Virus record (IMG/VR): IMGVR_UViG_3300036985_002246
Coordinates: 64,001-128,000 of that record
Direction: 5' to 3' (one strand)
DNA length: 64,000 nucleotides
DNA from: a virus
Translations under genes and position numbers: made by a program
In this document: positions 63,401 to 64,000 of the stretch, piece after piece
How positions within the stretch are numbered: position 1 is the first letter of the stretch
Layout of the letters: every line of letters starts with the position of its first letter
The notes under the pieces: generated by a model
What the model saw: only the letters and a program-made list of their open reading frames with translations
Told to the model about the DNA's origin: nothing
Databases searched by the model: none

Positions 63401-63555
63401 GCGAGGGTTCAAGCAAGGAACCGGCTCCAGAGGTGCCCCGCAGCCAGCAGAAGCAGGACTCCGTGGAGCGCGTCGCTGCTAGATTTACGTCGTCCCTGTT
63501 CCCAATCCGGGCGACTGGCTCGTTTAGTTCCTTATCCCATGACCCTTTAGGGTAG
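60499..63555 (+). CDS. HAD phosphatase - type IB topoisomerase - acidic coiled-coil fusion
   Basis: DFDGTLFRSP, LLTGR and WEDR HAD motifs; ERVG, GKSG, KDIR, GH and LRSDY TopIB catalytic set. Confidence 0.8.
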   Translation: MSPIKLHVFDFDGTLFRSPEKPVWWKGGWWGNLDSLSDPCVPERPPPEWWNESVVSAAKQAISNPDVLAVLLTGRVSKFSLRLKDLLNQAGLHFDSVQLNGGGPTEAFKMKAIKAILEEHPGIRGVAIWEDRENHLRMLADWIESNGRACTPHLVTVSAHAAECRPPEDEPSATKVAAKYKSKKKDDEGNVHYEYSERQVANRHNQKAERVENLRGDISNLREKVTNDLSAKDPKKYLPALAVALIDETYERVGNAESAADGHYGVTGWLVKHLSFEDGEAVFRYVGKSGVKHEKVVSKAPVVKLLKKLVKGKGKGDQVLELDDFSVKSEDVNAYLKDFKITAKDIRGYGANQEMCKALREVRREGPDLPRARKERDKILKEEFKDALEEVAEIVGHEPATLRSDYLVPGLEDSFMKDGTILATFKSSKAATKTTSEKEDEAVDALIKPSPKLKPPRDDLKKRRIDLGDDDLDSGDDDLSLNFKDGAARVAMALRVAQAFLKVAIVFSTEEAKKKYLEEHPDADADSHTVEESEKGSPAEGEGKPKEKSKKDDSAEARDLASEELDEKAKSLVSAPSLDRGTAAHVDGVLNSLLRSMPEGHAKEFLDGITKARDSDRDALAAGRPPKRTPPDKAKIDDSKKKLDDLNSKVSGLQRELDSGKGNAAEIQAHVKKLTELRDKVGVELQEDFKSYYAHEALKSAARNPLTFIDSDPKPLGKGGAKDRVKASLERFKGMTAEDRAATGAAFKKTVTEAQKERASLEEKLSSGDSSDPNRAEDQKKLESLKSQIEHLDADWRSLEISALVSGDKNAASRIGKGTQALVKALHESGQDVEDIVDSGIGLLGSDPDPKALEDMMMRLKPEHMESALREIDPKMADTWKKLVESGERGKIENAQSIFAALLTDVALEDADPDLAGRAVGEQTKSKTKSEPSDLSGPEDEEEETPPYESPLQDAVGDLVKLDIPVPGEGSSKEPAPEVPRSQQKQDSVERVAARFTSSLFPIRATGSFSSLSHDPLG

Positions 63556-63652
63556 GGTGCGCCGCATCCTTTCAAACCTGGTTCTGACAGACTCGGGACC
63601 GAGACAACGGATGCGTCGATCCCACCCCACGACGACACACAGGAGAGACTCC

Positions 63653-64000
63653 ATGACCGTTCGTAAGATGGCTACTGCACAGGGTGCGCGTCGGGTGACT
63701 TCGGGTCTCGACCGCTTCGCCTCGCTCTTCCAGGGCAACCACGAGTCCCTGGGCATTCCGAAGAAGGTCGCCATGGACTTCGCACTTCGGTGCGACATGC
63801 TCTCGGACGCGATCGACCGCCGGTTCAACACCAAGAACGCGGGCTACGTCGATCCCTCGACGATCGGCAAGGAAGTCCCCGGCCCCCTCGTCATGGACTC
63901 GAACAACCCGTTCATGTCGGGTGAGTTCACGCAGGAGAAGTTCTACGCGCTCGCCCAGAAGCAAATGAGCGGCGAACTCGCGGCGAACGCAGCGGCTCAC
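63653..64000 (+). CDS. partial ORF, head module
   Basis: AGGAG SD plus ATG, open to the window end (MTVRKMATAQG...). Confidence 0.65.
   Translation, partial: MTVRKMATAQGARRVTSGLDRFASLFQGNHESLGIPKKVAMDFALRCDMLSDAIDRRFNTKNAGYVDPSTIGKEVPGPLVMDSNNPFMSGEFTQEKFYALAQKQMSGELAANAAAH

Noticed and set aside
1-64000. Many long - strand and alternate-frame ORFs in the track (e.g. 814..1812, 21042..22196, 25197..26549, 31995..33551, 45185..46813)
   Set aside because: They are shadows of GC-rich + strand genes with no motifs. Only the two alternate-frame ORFs with clear HNH signatures were kept.

Overview
The window is a 64-kb, GC-rich segment of a large tailed-phage genome in standard genetic code, with almost all genes on the + strand. 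Order: (1) 1-12.1 kb, probable virion genes including two paralogous ~1000-aa Gly-rich fibre proteins and a divergent sigma-like gene; (2) 13.5-22.9 kb, an RNA island with 42 recognisable tRNA genes covering all 20 amino acids, three HNH genes, a Ro60/TROVE gene, eight copies of a shared Y-RNA-like scaffold carrying different inserted modules, and several non-canonical tRNA-like RNAs; (3) 22.9-48.4 kb, replication, recombination and transcription genes (clamp-loader delta/delta'/gamma-tau, beta clamp, class II RNR, RecD2, SSB-like, RuvC, RecA, split SbcC, SbcD, PD-(D/E)XK nuclease, two DNA methyltransferases, primase, NusG, sigma-like); (4) 48.4-64 kb, head and packaging genes (terminase, portal, a HAD-topoisomerase IB fusion). 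Best candidates for new biology: a Ro60 plus eight-member modular Y RNA family interleaved with the tRNAs, and a methyltransferase gene carrying two HNH endonuclease genes hidden in alternative reading frames, one of them inside an intein. All calls come from reading motifs and base-pairing by eye; no searches were run.
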